DNA from: Cladosporium halotolerans
Taxonomy: Eukaryota
Direction of reading: 5' to 3'
Assembly (NCBI RefSeq): GCF_011745625.1
Contig: NW_027191461.1
Location: forward strand, 248,001 to 312,000
Length of the DNA stretch: 64,000 bases
Under the pieces are notes generated by a model, which was not told where the DNA came from, searched no databases, and worked only from the letters and a program-made list of their open reading frames with translations. Made by a program: the position numbers and the translations under genes. Positions 1 to 12,500 of this stretch are shown one piece after another; within the stretch, counting starts at the first letter, position 1; every line of letters begins with the position of its first letter.

Positions 1-982
1 AACCCATAGCCTTCACTTCTCCGTGGTGAACGCGCCTGTGGGCACCCTTTGCCCAGCTCTTACGACCATTCTGCTGCACTGATTGCCTGTAGACTGCAAT
101 CCTGCCATCGAGACCACCCGAAAATACGGTCTTCCCGTCGTTGCTCACAATGAGATCCAGACAATCGGCATCGTGACCCGTCAGACGCTGAGAAAGAGAA
201 TATGACTTTCCGTCCCAGAATCGTACTTCGCCGTTCGAGTCCGCAGACACGATGTCCCCGTTGGGCAAGCATTTCACTTGCCAAACCATAGCGTTCTTCG
301 GCGCACCAGGAATACCAACGCCCAAGCTCATGTTACGCAGCAGGGATCCATTTCTCGTATCGAAAATTCTGATCATGCTGTCGGCAAATCCTGCAACCAC
401 AATGTCCTGATCCTTGTAGGCAACCGACATGCAGCGCGCGCGCTTCCCACTGACTCGAGCCAGAAAGCGCTTGAACTGAAGGTCATCGTCCTTCGTTGTG
501 AGCAGAACCAATGCACCGTCTCCACATCCTCCAACAATCTCTTGCGACTTTGGCTCTTCCTGGGAGTTCTTCGACGGCTTCGGCTTTGGCTGGGCAGCAA
601 TGCACCAGACCTCGCTGAAGTTTCCCGTCGATTTGCGCTTCGGCTGCCCCGTTGCAAGATCCCACTCGGTCACTGCGGGCGAAGAGGCGATACTGAAAAG
701 CCTCTGCTGGCCAACAATCACGTTTCCATCGTGGTCTTTCTCGTCCGGATCCTGTGTCCAGACCAAAGCATCGACGCTCTGCTTCTCGCCTGCAAATACA
801 ACTTCTTGATTCCACAACCCCTTTTGAGGGTCCCAGATTTCTATGCTTCCATTCTCGCGGCCGATGGCGAGCTTTAGCGCTGGGACGGGTCCAGAATAAC
901 CGCTGTCACTATTTCTCGAGAAGGCGACTGCGCTGATCGGAGAGGTGGGATATGGAACGAATCGCGAACGGTGGACGTCCAT
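1..982 (-). CDS. UTP4: U3 snoRNP / SSU processome WD40 protein Utp4 (5' part; continues beyond window start)
   Basis: Manual translation from ATG at 982 gives MDVHRSRFVPYPTSPISAVAFSR...KLAIGRENGSIEIWDP..., the recognisable Utp4/Cirhin N-terminus. It is absent from the ORF track because the stop lies outside the window. Confidence 0.88.
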   Translation of the reverse strand, partial: MDVHRSRFVPYPTSPISAVAFSRNSDSGYSGPVPALKLAIGRENGSIEIWDPQKGLWNQEVVFAGEKQSVDALVWTQDPDEKDHDGNVIVGQQRLFSIASSPAVTEWDLATGQPKRKSTGNFSEVWCIAAQPKPKPSKNSQEEPKSQEIVGGCGDGALVLLTTKDDDLQFKRFLARVSGKRARCMSVAYKDQDIVVAGFADSMIRIFDTRNGSLLRNMSLGVGIPGAPKNAMVWQVKCLPNGDIVSADSNGEVRFWDGKSYSLSQRLTGHDADCLDLIVSNDGKTVFSGGLDGRIAVYRQSVQQNGRKSWAKGAHRRVHHGEVKAMG

Positions 983-1612
983 GGTGCTGAGAAGAAAGTG
1001 TGTGTCGCTGAATCAACAGGCCGCCATCGCCTGTGTGTGTTGCGAAGGGTTGTGCAGACTGCTTCGCGCAGTCGAATGCTCGCCGAAAGCTGGGTTGCGC
1101 GCCTTGGGAAATAAATTTTGGTAGCCGTCGGCTTCACAGCGAGACGGCGCTAAGCCAGCATTGCGGACCGAAGCGCATGCTTGACCCACATCAAGGGACA
1201 GGGCGCCGTGAGCGTGTACCCTAATGAATTTACCCTTGCTACCCTGAGTTACCCTAACATGTCCGCTGAGCATTAGAAGGAACATTCACAATCATGACCT
1301 CGCAGGCTCAGCCGCCTTGACGCCAACATTATCTTGGATATTGTTCGTGCCAATAGCAATATTCTTGTCATGCAGACATCATTTGTCCCCGACGTCCTCA
1401 ATGAGACCGCCAAACGGGGTGTGTCGCCATTCCGGCCTATCACCATCATTTCGAACACGCTGGGTAAGCAGGTTGCTATAACCCAAATACAATGAGACCA
1501 TAAAGGTGAATAGAGACCGCTCGCTGTCCAGCCTATTTTCTTAGGATACTCGACATGCATAATAAGTGTCAGGTCTTGACCCGATCAAAACATCTTCCGC
1601 AATACCCCCCAC

Positions 1613-2159
1613 TATGGCGCACAACATGGCTTACACACTCGGACAGTCAAGTAAGCTCGAGGATCTACCAACTGAGATGCTATGGGCCATAAGTCAGCAC
1701 CTGGACTCTTTCGGGATGCTGAATATACGCTGCACTAACAATTTCTTCCGGGAGTTGTTCGATGACAACTACCTCCGGCGTTATCCACGTCATCCATCAG
1801 ACGCTTTTTGCGAAGACCCAGCTCACCTCACTCGCCTTCTCTGCCACCTCAAGTCCCCCCTCCCAAGAGACAACGTGACGGACCTGGCGCTCGTCTCAGC
1901 ATCTAGCAGTCTCGCGGTGTACAGCACATCTTCGTCTCCACTGGACTTCAAATTGTCAAGTTTGACGTCGTTGACTCTTATCCAAGTCAGTCTCGAGGGC
2001 TGGGATCTCCTGAACATCCTCCAAAATCATCACCGTACTCTCAAGGAGCTCAATCTTGATCGGGTTAAACTCCAACAGCACGAGGCCTGGGCTTCTGTGA
2101 TCTTCTGTGTGAATGAAGAGCTTCGACTCGACCACTTCTGGGCACGATGCCTCACCTAG
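1613..2159 (+). CDS. F-box-like protein with LRR-like segment, possibly truncated by a premature TAG
   Basis: F-box-like LEDLPTEMLWAISQHLDSFGMLNIRCTN, followed by LTSLTLIQVSL...ILQNHHRTLKELNLDRVKL, which resembles the 2586 and 21462 genes. Confidence 0.6.
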
Positions 2160-2585
2160 GACGCAGTGATTACGCGCTACATGCGGTTGGCAGTTGGAAC
2201 TAACAACTTCGGACATGGTACCTGCCAATGAAGCATCGAATGCTCAAGATTCGATCGGCATCTTCGATGTGATCAGCGAATATCTCTCTGGTATACAGCT
2301 CAAATGGGACCGCATTGATCACGAATGCACAAGCAAATGTTTTCGGCTGAACGATAGCGATCGGACGTGTAGACCACTTGTCCATGTGATCTCAAGACGC
2401 TGCATGAGATAGTGGCAGATTCAAATTCTACTTCGAAAGTGGTCGTCAGATCTGTCAGCGGATCATGCAAGGGGTAATCACTTCCACCCCCTGGCCTATC
2501 AACCGTGGTTTCGAGCCGCAAGAAAGAACCAGGAAAACAATTAGAAGTCCATAGACAATCCAAATCGCAGAAACGTATATAATAC

Positions 2586-3485
2586 ATGATGCTACTTCTA
2601 AGAATTCCCAAATATTCATTCCAGTCGTCGGACACAAACAATACGGTCCAGCATCGCAAAACAAACATTGCTCAACTCCCTGACGAGATCATCGAGCTGA
2701 TCACAATCTACCTATCCCCTCAAGACCTACGCAGTTTCCGCCTGACCTGCAAGCGCCTGGCTATAGTCACGACGCACCTCATAGCCGCACTTTGCGACTC
2801 ACACCACAAATGCATCAATGCAACTCACAGCCTCACCACCCTTGTCCAAGGAAGCCGCATCGCCCTACTCAACCGAACAACGACAGACCTGACCCTCTCC
2901 GCGCCGTCCTGGAGAAGCATTTCAGCCTCCTACGATGACCGCCTGCGCGAAGTTTCTCTCTCCAGGCTCACATCTCTGTACATAGACAGCATCAACATCA
3001 CTCACCCAAGCGCCCTGACCCACTTCCTCGAAGCGCACACAACAACACTCAGCAAAGTCTACTTTTTCAACGTCCACGCCCCCAACCTCCCAGCCTGGCG
3101 CGCCATCCTCCTCCAGCTGGCGAGCACGCGCGGCCTGGAGCTCCTCCGCCTCAGACAGCTGTTCTACAGCGCCGGACGGAATGGCGCGGTTTTCCTGATC
3201 CCGCGCTCGACCTATAGCACGGCGCAGTCGATGATGCACGTTCTCGACGAGGGCTCAGCGGCTCCCAGGGAGCGAGAGATGCTCGCCACGACGGCGGCCT
3301 CGCGCGCCGATATCGAGCGGCTGATTGGCGACTTCCTCGACGAAAGCGGGCAGCTGAGGATGGATCTCGGGCACGAGCAGAGGCTCGCTGCTGAGAAGCG
3401 GGCCCCAGTTGGAGGACGGTGGTGGTGGGCGGTCCGGCGGACGATGAAGGATGTAGCGTGGAATCGCCCCACGCAGATGAACTGA
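2586..3485 (+). CDS. F-box domain protein
   Basis: 299-aa ORF with F-box motif IAQLPDEIIELITIYLSPQDLRSFRLTCKRL. Confidence 0.78.
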   Translation: MMLLLRIPKYSFQSSDTNNTVQHRKTNIAQLPDEIIELITIYLSPQDLRSFRLTCKRLAIVTTHLIAALCDSHHKCINATHSLTTLVQGSRIALLNRTTTDLTLSAPSWRSISASYDDRLREVSLSRLTSLYIDSINITHPSALTHFLEAHTTTLSKVYFFNVHAPNLPAWRAILLQLASTRGLELLRLRQLFYSAGRNGAVFLIPRSTYSTAQSMMHVLDEGSAAPREREMLATTAASRADIERLIGDFLDESGQLRMDLGHEQRLAAEKRAPVGGRWWWAVRRTMKDVAWNRPTQMN

Positions 3486-4550
3486 ATCGACGAAAGCGGT
3501 GCTGAGCGACCGGACACCACCCGTGGTTCTGTGCTCCCAATGCTGTTCCAAGCAGTGTCACGGAAGGTGTCACCGGTCTCCCCTGCCGAACGCCAGGGCG
3601 CCTCTCGAAGCGTGGCACGGCACCATGCATGCAATGCGCTGCGCATGCATGCGCGAGAGACACAGGCACAGGAAGGTGGTACTGCATGCTCGCCTGCGCC
3701 GGCTTGCGCACGCCACGAACCACCCTTGACACCAAACAGACAAAAAGCGCCAGCCAGCCAGCCACCCGCACGAGCGGCGGCGTGCGCCGGAAAGGGACCT
3801 AGGTCCAATCAATCCCAGGCAGAGAGGACATCATCAAACCAGCCGGAAAAAAGAATTCCGAAAAGAACAACAAGAATTGACAAGTTTCAAAAAAAATCTT
3901 TTGTCTTCTTTCTATATTCCCTCGCGGTTGCATTAATCTCCGTGTGTTTTTCTCCTTCTTCCACCCAGAAGAGTCGAGGGACAGAACGGACCGCGCGCTT
4001 CGAGGCACGCGCCGACGCCCCTTCGTGGCTCTTCCTTCTAACATAGCTAGCTCTGTAATACTCGTACATGTGTTCGCTTATCCCCCTTTTCCCATCGGCC
4101 TTCCAGACTCCCTCGGGAAGGGATCGTTGGCGGCTCTCTTTTAGAATTGTGAGGATCCGTCCAGTGCCTTTTCCCGAGGAGCGGGCCATGCGAGGAGTAG
4201 TACATTCTTTGGCGCGGTTTGTGGCAGCAAGAAGCAAAGAAAATCAGGACAGAGGAAATCGAAATAAGAAAAGGTTGCGGACCGACGGGTCGATGCCGTG
4301 GCGCATTTTTTTGGGTTGTTGCGGGAGTTAAGGAAATCAACGAAAGAGGACGAAGATGAGAAATGCCGCCGTGCTTCCCCTTTGATGAGAGGAAACTAAT
4401 TCTGTTCGGTGGCAAACGCTTTGCAAAGATGGAAAAGTAATGCTGGTATCTGATGACTTGGAGAATGCAGACGCTAATGGTGGACGCTCAATGCTGTGTA
4501 GTGGACTCCGTGGCAGCCGATGAAGCGCACAAGCCGCTGTCGTACTTGAT

Positions 4551-5857
4551 CTATTGCACAAACTGCGGGTGCTGCGCGTACTGTTGCTGCTGGTAGCCCA
4601 TGTGCTGCTGCTGGTATTGCTCGATGCTGGACGGCGGTGTCGGGGTGCAAGCGCCCATGCGAGGCACTTGAGCCTGGGGCATAGCGTAGCCCTCGGTGCC
4701 GTTGAAGTCCTTGTCGGGGGTGATGGGCGGGGTCAAGACACCGGCCGGCACCTGTTGCATGTAGCAAGCCTTCTGAGGGGTCTGCGGGCTCATGAACTGT
4801 CCATTGACTGGAGTTGCGACCTGCTGGACGTGGATCTCTGGTGTCGGGGCCTGCTGAGCAGCCTGCTGCGCTTGAAGGAGCGCTTGCCTCTGGAGGAACT
4901 GCTCAATGGTGGGGGCAACTGCCGAGAGGTGAGGCGAGCTGTATTTCCTGACCAGTGCCGCGGATGGCTGAGAAAGGTAGTTGGAAAGGTTAAGAACCAC
5001 CTGCGGGTCGTAGCGAGCAGCCCACTCGGAGTAGCGGGGCTGAGGACGGCCAAGGATGCATCGTGCGAGGGCAAGGGCAGACCTTGCCATGACCGAAGGG
5101 CGGACCGAGATAAACTCCTTGTGGTAGAGAGCAACCTCACTGAGGTACCAAGACATGTGCTCCAGTTCCGGGTCACAGGACACTTCGGTCAAGGCGAGCT
5201 GCTGGAAGCTAGTCACGGTCGGGTGGCCAATCATCCAGTTGAGCGTCTGGAGGACGTGCCACTCCATCTGAGTGAACATGTCATCATCGTAGAGGGAGCA
5301 GCACATCGACTTCAGCTCCCGAATGGTAGGCACACGCTCTTTCCGGTCGCCATACTTGGCAGCGATGAGGAGGGCAGCACAACCGACCAGCTGATAGTGA
5401 CGTTTGTACACCACACGGCGAGAGCAGTAGCGGTCAAGGAGGTTGACGGCGAGGTGGAGGGTCTCCGGGAGCAGTTGGAAGGCATGGTGAGCCTCGAGCA
5501 GGAAGTCGAGCAGGTAGGGGCGCATGAACCACTGGATCTCTGTCTGAATCTCAATCGAATGGATGTCAGGCATTGTCTCGGCCTAATCAAAGTTAGCAGG
5601 GTTCTGAGACAAGGCTAGTCTTGGCTTGCGCATACCTCCATGTGCTCCATGTGATCCAGAACGTCCTCCTGGTACTCCTCGGCGGTAGCGCGTGAGAGCT
5701 CCTCTGCGAGAGCCTTTTGCCTCAACTTGCCGATTTGGCGTGCATTTTCTCGCTCGGCCGCAGCACGCGCGTACACGCCTTCATCGTCACCCTCGACGAA
5801 GAACGAGTCGCAGTATCCGTATGTCGGGAGTTGGCGCGACATCGGTCGGAAAGCCAT
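4551..5857 (-). CDS. CCN1: G1/S-type cyclin (Ccn1/Cln/Puc1-like); coding exons 5857-5636 and 5582-4551
   Basis: Cyclin box MRPYLLDFLLEAH...AVNLLDRYCSRRVVYKRHYQLVGCAALLIAAKY and a Q/P/T-rich tail with TP/SP sites. A GTATGC...TAG intron at 5635-5583 joins ...DHMEHME to AETMPDI in frame. Confidence 0.88.
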
Positions 5858-8120
5858 GTTGTGCGTCGTTGGTTGTAGTGTTGATAAAGAATGGACGTCA
5901 GTTCTCCTGGATTGACGATAAAAGTCGTTGGCGGTTATCGAGAGGTGCACGTGATTGGGTGCAAGAGTCGAAGATCCGTCGAACGGTATTAATGAATGTG
6001 TGGCCTGTCGTATAGGCCGGTGAAAAGGATTGGAATTAGTTGGTAAAGCGCAAAAAAGAATGAATGGTCTAGAACGACAGCGACTTTGACGATGGTAGTC
6101 GAAGAAGCTGTTATAGGAGATCCACCTATCAATGATCAGCTGATTGGTCGCGTGTCGTGTTGTGGAGCCGCCAGACGTAAGGCTTCTGGAAGGACGGATG
6201 CATACCTTGTGAATTAAATTACGTTGCTTGACGGATCGAGTGTAGGCGCGCACAGTCGATCGCGACGGGAGTTCCTTGCGAGCCACAGCGAGTAGCCCGA
6301 TTGGCAACCTGAGAAACAAGGTTCTTCTGGTATGCCGGTGCAATCTGCAGAGAAACGAACTAACGCCTCCGCTGTTGCTTATCAAGGTCGGTACGTGCCG
6401 TAAAGATCTGGCCAATTCTTCCAGGGGTAACCTAGGAAGAATCTTTGGGAATGTTAGTGGATGGCTTGTGCGGGAAAGGCAACCCGAGTAAGGGTGAAGC
6501 GTGCCGACACGGCAGGGTGTGAACATACCAATTGCGAGGAGGCTCAGATGAGGGACACGAGTGCATCAATCAACGATGGTGCAGTGAATGCTATACAGCA
6601 CGCTATGTCAGAACGCTGAAGGACTGTGAGGAAGGCTTGTCAGCGATTGTGATCTTCAGTAGCTGGTTGCGAGTGATCCAAATGGCCATTGATCAGTCCA
6701 CGGTGACGGTCCCCGGGCGGACGCGCTTCGATGCGTGGCAGGTAATTTTGGCTGGAATTGAGCACGGACTCCAGGAGGATTGGGCCGGTTGAGGAATGCG
6801 GAAGTAGGTTCCAGCCACGGCGTACTATACTTCAGGACGTCGAAGCCCATTTGCAAGTAAAGACGGTGATGGGATTCCCGCATTGCTGGTCGGACATGTC
6901 CATGATCGGTGTTGGAGTGAACGTGCCAGTGTACCCAGGGGCTCGTGCACAGACGCTGCAGAAGAAGTATCATGCATGGCTCCATGGTACGGCAGCGCTC
7001 CGATGAATAACAGGGCCTTCGTACGCCAAAGTGCATGCCACATGAGACGCAACCCGTGGAGGTAGGACGTCAGACGACAATGCCAGCTCTTTTGCTTTCT
7101 TGCCAACCAACACGTGCTCTCTTCCAACTAACTTATTCTGCAGCCATATCCTCATCCCAGCACTTGGTCCAGCGAAGGAAGAGACCCAATCCCGTACTTG
7201 CGGGCAGCGGTTCGTCAAAGGCGTCAGGCATTTCACCATTGGATGTGATTCGGCCAGGAGTCCGGAGCTCGTGGGGGGTTTCGGGTGACGTTTCGTCCGA
7301 GAGGTCACACGACGCCAGAGTTGCAAAGTAGAGAACTTACCTTTTGATCTGAAGACAGACGCTGGAGACGGTAGCGGGCAGGTGTGTACGAGGTACGGTG
7401 GTTACAGCAGTCGGGGCTGAGGTGGGGTGGGGTCGGCGGAGGAGGATGGCGGTCCGGTCGAGAGGCTCTGCGGTCAACGAAGAGGAGAGGTCGACGGAGG
7501 GACGGTGGGCGTCGGAGGTTGGCTTGGAGGTCGACGGTCGTGAGCGAGGTGGCTTCAGGGACTCGGACTGGGGTGACGATGCCTTAAGGCCAGGAGGCAG
7601 GCACGGACAGGCGAGTGTCGAGCGAGAGCCAGGGGAGGAGGGTTGGCGGGAGGCGGAGGTTAAGTGAGGCGGCGGATGGAGGTCGCGGGTGTTTCAACGC
7701 TCCATTGCACGGGGGTGATGAGAGGAGAGGAGGATGGGCGGGTGCGCGGCGGAGAGATGAAAAGCAAGACAGGCTTCACGACACGCCGTCGGAGAGTGGA
7801 GAGGGCTATGGCTGGGCGTGCTGCGTGCAGCGTGCTCCGGGCCAGCTGCGCTGACTTGGATTTGGCTCTCTGGCTGTCTCAAGCGGGCCACGCTAGCTGC
7901 TGCCCGCCGGCTGCCCCTTCGCAGGCGCGCCGGCCAGCGCGCAGCGGAGGGCGCATCACCCACACTAGGCACCTCACACATCACCCTTGACCCTGCTGCC
8001 GCCGCTGCGGTGCGCGGCAGGCGGATGCCAATGATCGTGCTAATGGCGGTGCTATACACGGGAGGTGAGGTAGCGCCCGCTCGCCTGTCGGGCGGCTGGT
8101 ACAGGCAATAATACCTAATC

Positions 8121-8265
8121 AATGATTGAATGATTGGAGTATTGAACGAACGAATGGATGGATGGATGACACTGGGCAGGGCGCCTCGAGTCTGCCGTCT
8201 GTGTCGGACCCGTCTGTCCTGTCCTGTCCTTCCATGCCGTGCCCTGTGCCTGTGCCTGTGTGCCA
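8121..8265. repeat. Mixed simple-sequence repeats (GAAT/GATG, CTGTC, TGTGCC units)
   Basis: Read directly: gaacgaacgaatggatggatggatg, ctgtcctgtcctgtcc, tgtgcctgtgcctgtgtgcc. Confidence 0.7.
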
Positions 8266-11200
8266 AACTACCAAGCGTAGATACATCCTACCGTACCGTG
8301 TGTGCCTCCTACTGCCCGTGTCGCGCCAGCTCCTGCAGATCGCGCCCTCGCCTGCGTGCTCACCGGCAGCACGCCCACAGCCTCTCATCCACGATCCGCC
8401 GGCCACAGCTGCTGCCGGTGCCAGTGCCTGACACTACGCGCAGTACCTACATTAGCAACAGTGCCTCCTGGAACAGCTGCCGTTGCCGCGAGCGAAGGCC
8501 GGCGCGCGCAGACGTTGTCGTGTTGCACGCCCGCCGCCCATCCGCCCCAGCGTTAATCTCGCGCGCAGAACACATGTCGGACTCGCTGCTCGCGCGCCCG
8601 CACGCGTCGATGTCTCGTCTCAGCGCCCGCCAGAGCGCCGGCATCAGAGAGGCTCGACAGCCTTTCGCTGCACGCCACCCGGCAGCCTATCAGCAGCACC
8701 CGCTGGCTCGCCGGCTGCTAGCACGACGCAGTAGGCGTTGCCCCCGGCCTCCCTCGCCCATTCGACCGCTCCCCTCACGTCGCCGCGCAGCCTGCTGCCA
8801 TGCCATCCTGGCCCGTCGTATGCACGCCGGCGAGGCTTGTGAAATGGCCCCGGCAGCCTCATGCTGGCTCCCGTCGTGCGGCGCCCAGCAGCTCGGTACC
8901 CGCAGCCTCTCGACTGCTCGCTTTAGCACCTCCGCCGCACAAGCTCTGCGCTATCTGCCTGCCCTCGCGTTTTAGACATACATGCGTGATCGCAGGTGCA
9001 CCAGATGAGCCACCCGCCCGGTGTCGCGGCAGCGTGTAGTTACTCGTTAGCTCCTCGCCAGTCGTATGCAGCGCGAGCGTTTGATCCGCCCTCCTCATCA
9101 TCATCGTGACCGTGACACACGTTTGGGCCTCGCCACGCACCATCGCCGCCCGCCGCCGTCCTTGGGTCTGGCTAAGCGCCACATTTGTCGTGGTCAGATT
9201 TGAGCATAATCTCACACTCGATGGTGTGGAGCCTACGCGGTGCTGGACAGAGTAATCAGAGCAATAATCTCTCGCCCATTCGCGCTATCGCCTATCGCTA
9301 CCGTGACATGAAGCCTCGTCGTCCTAGGGTAGGGGCACGACGCATCATTTGCTCGCAATGCATATCACCGCGGCCGCCCTCGCGCCCTCGCCGCCTCTGC
9401 CGCTTCGTACCGCAGCGCGCCCTCCGTCACACGGTAGCCGACAGCAGAGCCATTGGGACTTTCCTCGGCGCGCACAAGGCAAATGTCGACACAGCAACGC
9501 AGACTCTTTGCCGTAGACTACTGCCTCCGCCCGTCCACCGACGCCCGGCAGCACAGGCTAGCACAGCAGGGCTCCGCGCGCGGTGGCTTTGTTCCATTTT
9601 GCTTCCGCCCCGCTGGCGGGCAGCTTGCCCGCCGCCAGCGATGCAGCAATAATGATGCCTCCTTGCGCGAGCGATTCGCGGCGTCGATCTTAAATACAGC
9701 ACCGTAGCTGTTCGTGGCACGCCTCGCGCGCCGTTGCTGCCGTTCCACCTCTCGTAGCGAGCCTCCCCTGCCCGACACAGCTCGCCAGGCCCCGGGAGAG
9801 GTCTGTGTAGTAAAGTAACGCTGCAGAGCACTGAGACACGCACGAAGCCTGACTTTGGGCTTGCTGCCGCGAAGCACGACGCCGCCGCCGAGGCGCGACT
9901 ATCGCCCGCCGGCTGGCGGGTCCAGCACGCGTTTAAAGCGAGACTGGCGTGTGAGCTGTCGCGTGCTTGGGGCTGCGTCCGGCGGCGGGTGACGTCGAGG
10001 CTCAATCACGGCCGCATTGCGACTCCACCGGACGCGAAGAGAAGTCTTTACAGGCGTAAAGTGGATGCATGAAGAAACTGCTACGGTAATGAGGCCGAAC
10101 AAATGCCAACCGCTTGGGTTTGATAACACCGTGTTGTATGCCGGGCCAGGCGGGAGGACAGAGTTCGCGAGGGCTCACTCCTTCGCCAGCAGGTCTCGAA
10201 GTACTCTCTCCCTCCTGAAGCACAAGCTCAGGAGGAGCGGCAGCCATTGCGGGCGAGATCCTTGCCCGCCGCTCCTCTTCCGACGATCCGTACATGTCGC
10301 CCAACCTGACCAAGGCTCGGAGAAGCTCTGCAACTCCCCACTCGTCGTCTCCCAAGCTGACCGTGATCGCCGTGATGGGCCACAAGACACGCACGCCGCG
10401 CTTCTCGCCGTCAAAGGCATTTTCCATCGCCGTAGCTTCGGGCTAGCCTTTCCACTCCACAACTTTAAAACAGAATTGCGGAGCACCGTTCACATGGGCG
10501 TCCATGGCTCCCCGATCTGGGTTTCTGGGCAATCTTGAGATTGCTATCTGGATTGCGCCTTCTTGGGCAGATTGGCTGCTCGCCTGCTCACGTGCTCTGT
10601 AGACGCAATCTGGCTATGGCGTTGGCGGACTCTATATCTGGACATCACTCTCCCACCGCGCAAGGTCCCACCGGCTGGCTGCACGGCAAGCCCGTTGCAA
10701 CATCCGCCATGACGTTGCCTCGCGAAGCCAATGGCCCACCGAGATTAGCATGCCATCCCAGCCAGCCGCGTGCTCCTCAATTTGAGAGGGATTGGCGTCG
10801 CGAACGCGTTCTCACGCGCCAATTCGCCGGCTTGCAGCCCAGCGTCTCCGCCCCCCTCAGCCGCAACGCGCGAACCTCAGGCAGTGGCGCAGGCCTGGCG
10901 GGCGCAGCACAGTAGCGTGATGGCGTCTGGCAAACCAGGCGTGCCAGGCCTCAGCGCCCTCCATTTCCCTGCTCCTGCCCCTTCGCCAAGCAGCCGTGCC
11001 GCAATATATCGGCGTTCGCGAGCGAACTACTGCGCGTCCTGTCATCATCCTCCTGCCTCCCCGTTCGCACTATTAGCCCGCCGATGATTGTGCGTCCGGC
11101 CACGCCGGCTTGCCTTACGTTTTGACGCGCCGCGGCGAGGCGTTGCGGCGAACAGTGCTCGCCGCCCGTGGATCCCCGATCCCCTGGTGTGGAAGAATGT

Positions 11201-12500
11201 TCGAAAAAAAAGAAAGCGACGCCGAACTGGCAAGGGCTGAACCACCGCGACTTGCCGTGCAGCGAGCCCTCACCGGTCGCGTTTCGCCGTCTTCGCTAGC
11301 AGCGGAGGATGGCTTCAGGAATAGTGGTCACTATTGTCGGGCGAGATTAAGGTATCAGGCTACGCTCGCTTTGGCAGTCCCGTCCTTTGAGTTCGGCCTC
11401 TGAACCTCCGCCGTCTGGTGGATGCTTCCAGACATCTCACACGCATGCCAGGATGTCATACCGCCTGCTGGCGCTGCTACTACTGTGCGAGACCGTCTAG
11501 CATTTCCTGCTCGTGTCAATCATTACGACGTGCAGCCCCTGGCCCTAAGTCTCACTCGGCTGGCACGCGAAGTGGATGAAAATGCGTCCGGTCTTCGTGC
11601 TCATCCGCTAAACCTCTCACTCCTCGGTTCTCGGAAGCAAGGTGCCATGTCTGACGGGGGAATTGTCTCCGCCGAGACTCAATATCCACATCGTCCAAGA
11701 AATCCTCGGGAGCTATAGTAATTCTTCGCTGGCACCACGATGTAACTCTGCAATCCCCACGGAGAACAGGTCCGCAAAACGGTTTCTGCAAGCCTATCTT
11801 CATCAAGGCTGATTGTGTCTTCCATCGACGGTTGGATGTGCACGTTCTTTGGTACACGCGAGATGACACTCAGCTGACGCTGTCCAGCGTAATGAAAACG
11901 GTCTCTCCACGTAGTAGGTCTCACTTTGTCATTTCATCAGTCGCAAGTATACCAGACCCTGTGTCAACTTCACCGCTTCTCGACATGGGATGCCTTACCC
12001 CGATTGAGGAAGCGCAATCTCGCAACATAGTAATTCGTCAAAGGCAGGGCGGTATGCATGACCGACCACAGTCCACGTCCCGGCCCTGACGTACATCGCA
12101 ACTTCAAGGCCTAGCTTGAATGGAATTGGAATTGTTGAGGGCGCCACAACTCTGGAAATGAGCAACAAATTGTATCAATGGCATTGGAACTTTGACTGAC
12201 CCGGACATTATTGCCCTCGTATCGACGGAGATGGTGATTCAAGCAAGATGTCAACATTACCCGACTATGGTAGGAAAAAGACAGCATTCACAAGTGTCGT
12301 TGACACTCTGTCTCGACCGGACATACTCGGACTTGTGTTGACGGCGAATAATCACTCGGAGGGCTGCAAACATTGCAACCCAAGAAAATGTTTTCGAATC
12401 GTGCTACTTTTGGTCCTGGACAGGCAGGTGGTGATTCTGTATCCCCATAGACACCCCACAAGCAAGCGGTCTATCGATTTATCTTTCTATACTCTATTCA

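Noticed and set aside
4554..5618. Long antisense ORFs over the cyclin, and similarly at 278-877, 19557-20324, 53778-54650, 57955-58749 and 59154-60080
   Set aside because: These are shadow frames of real genes caused by high GC3 codon bias, with no independent motifs.
5615..6526. 303-aa ORF suggesting a 223-aa N-terminal extension of the cyclin from an ATG at 6526
   Set aside because: That ATG lies inside a GTATGT splice-donor motif and the extension does not look protein-like. It is better explained as spliced leader.
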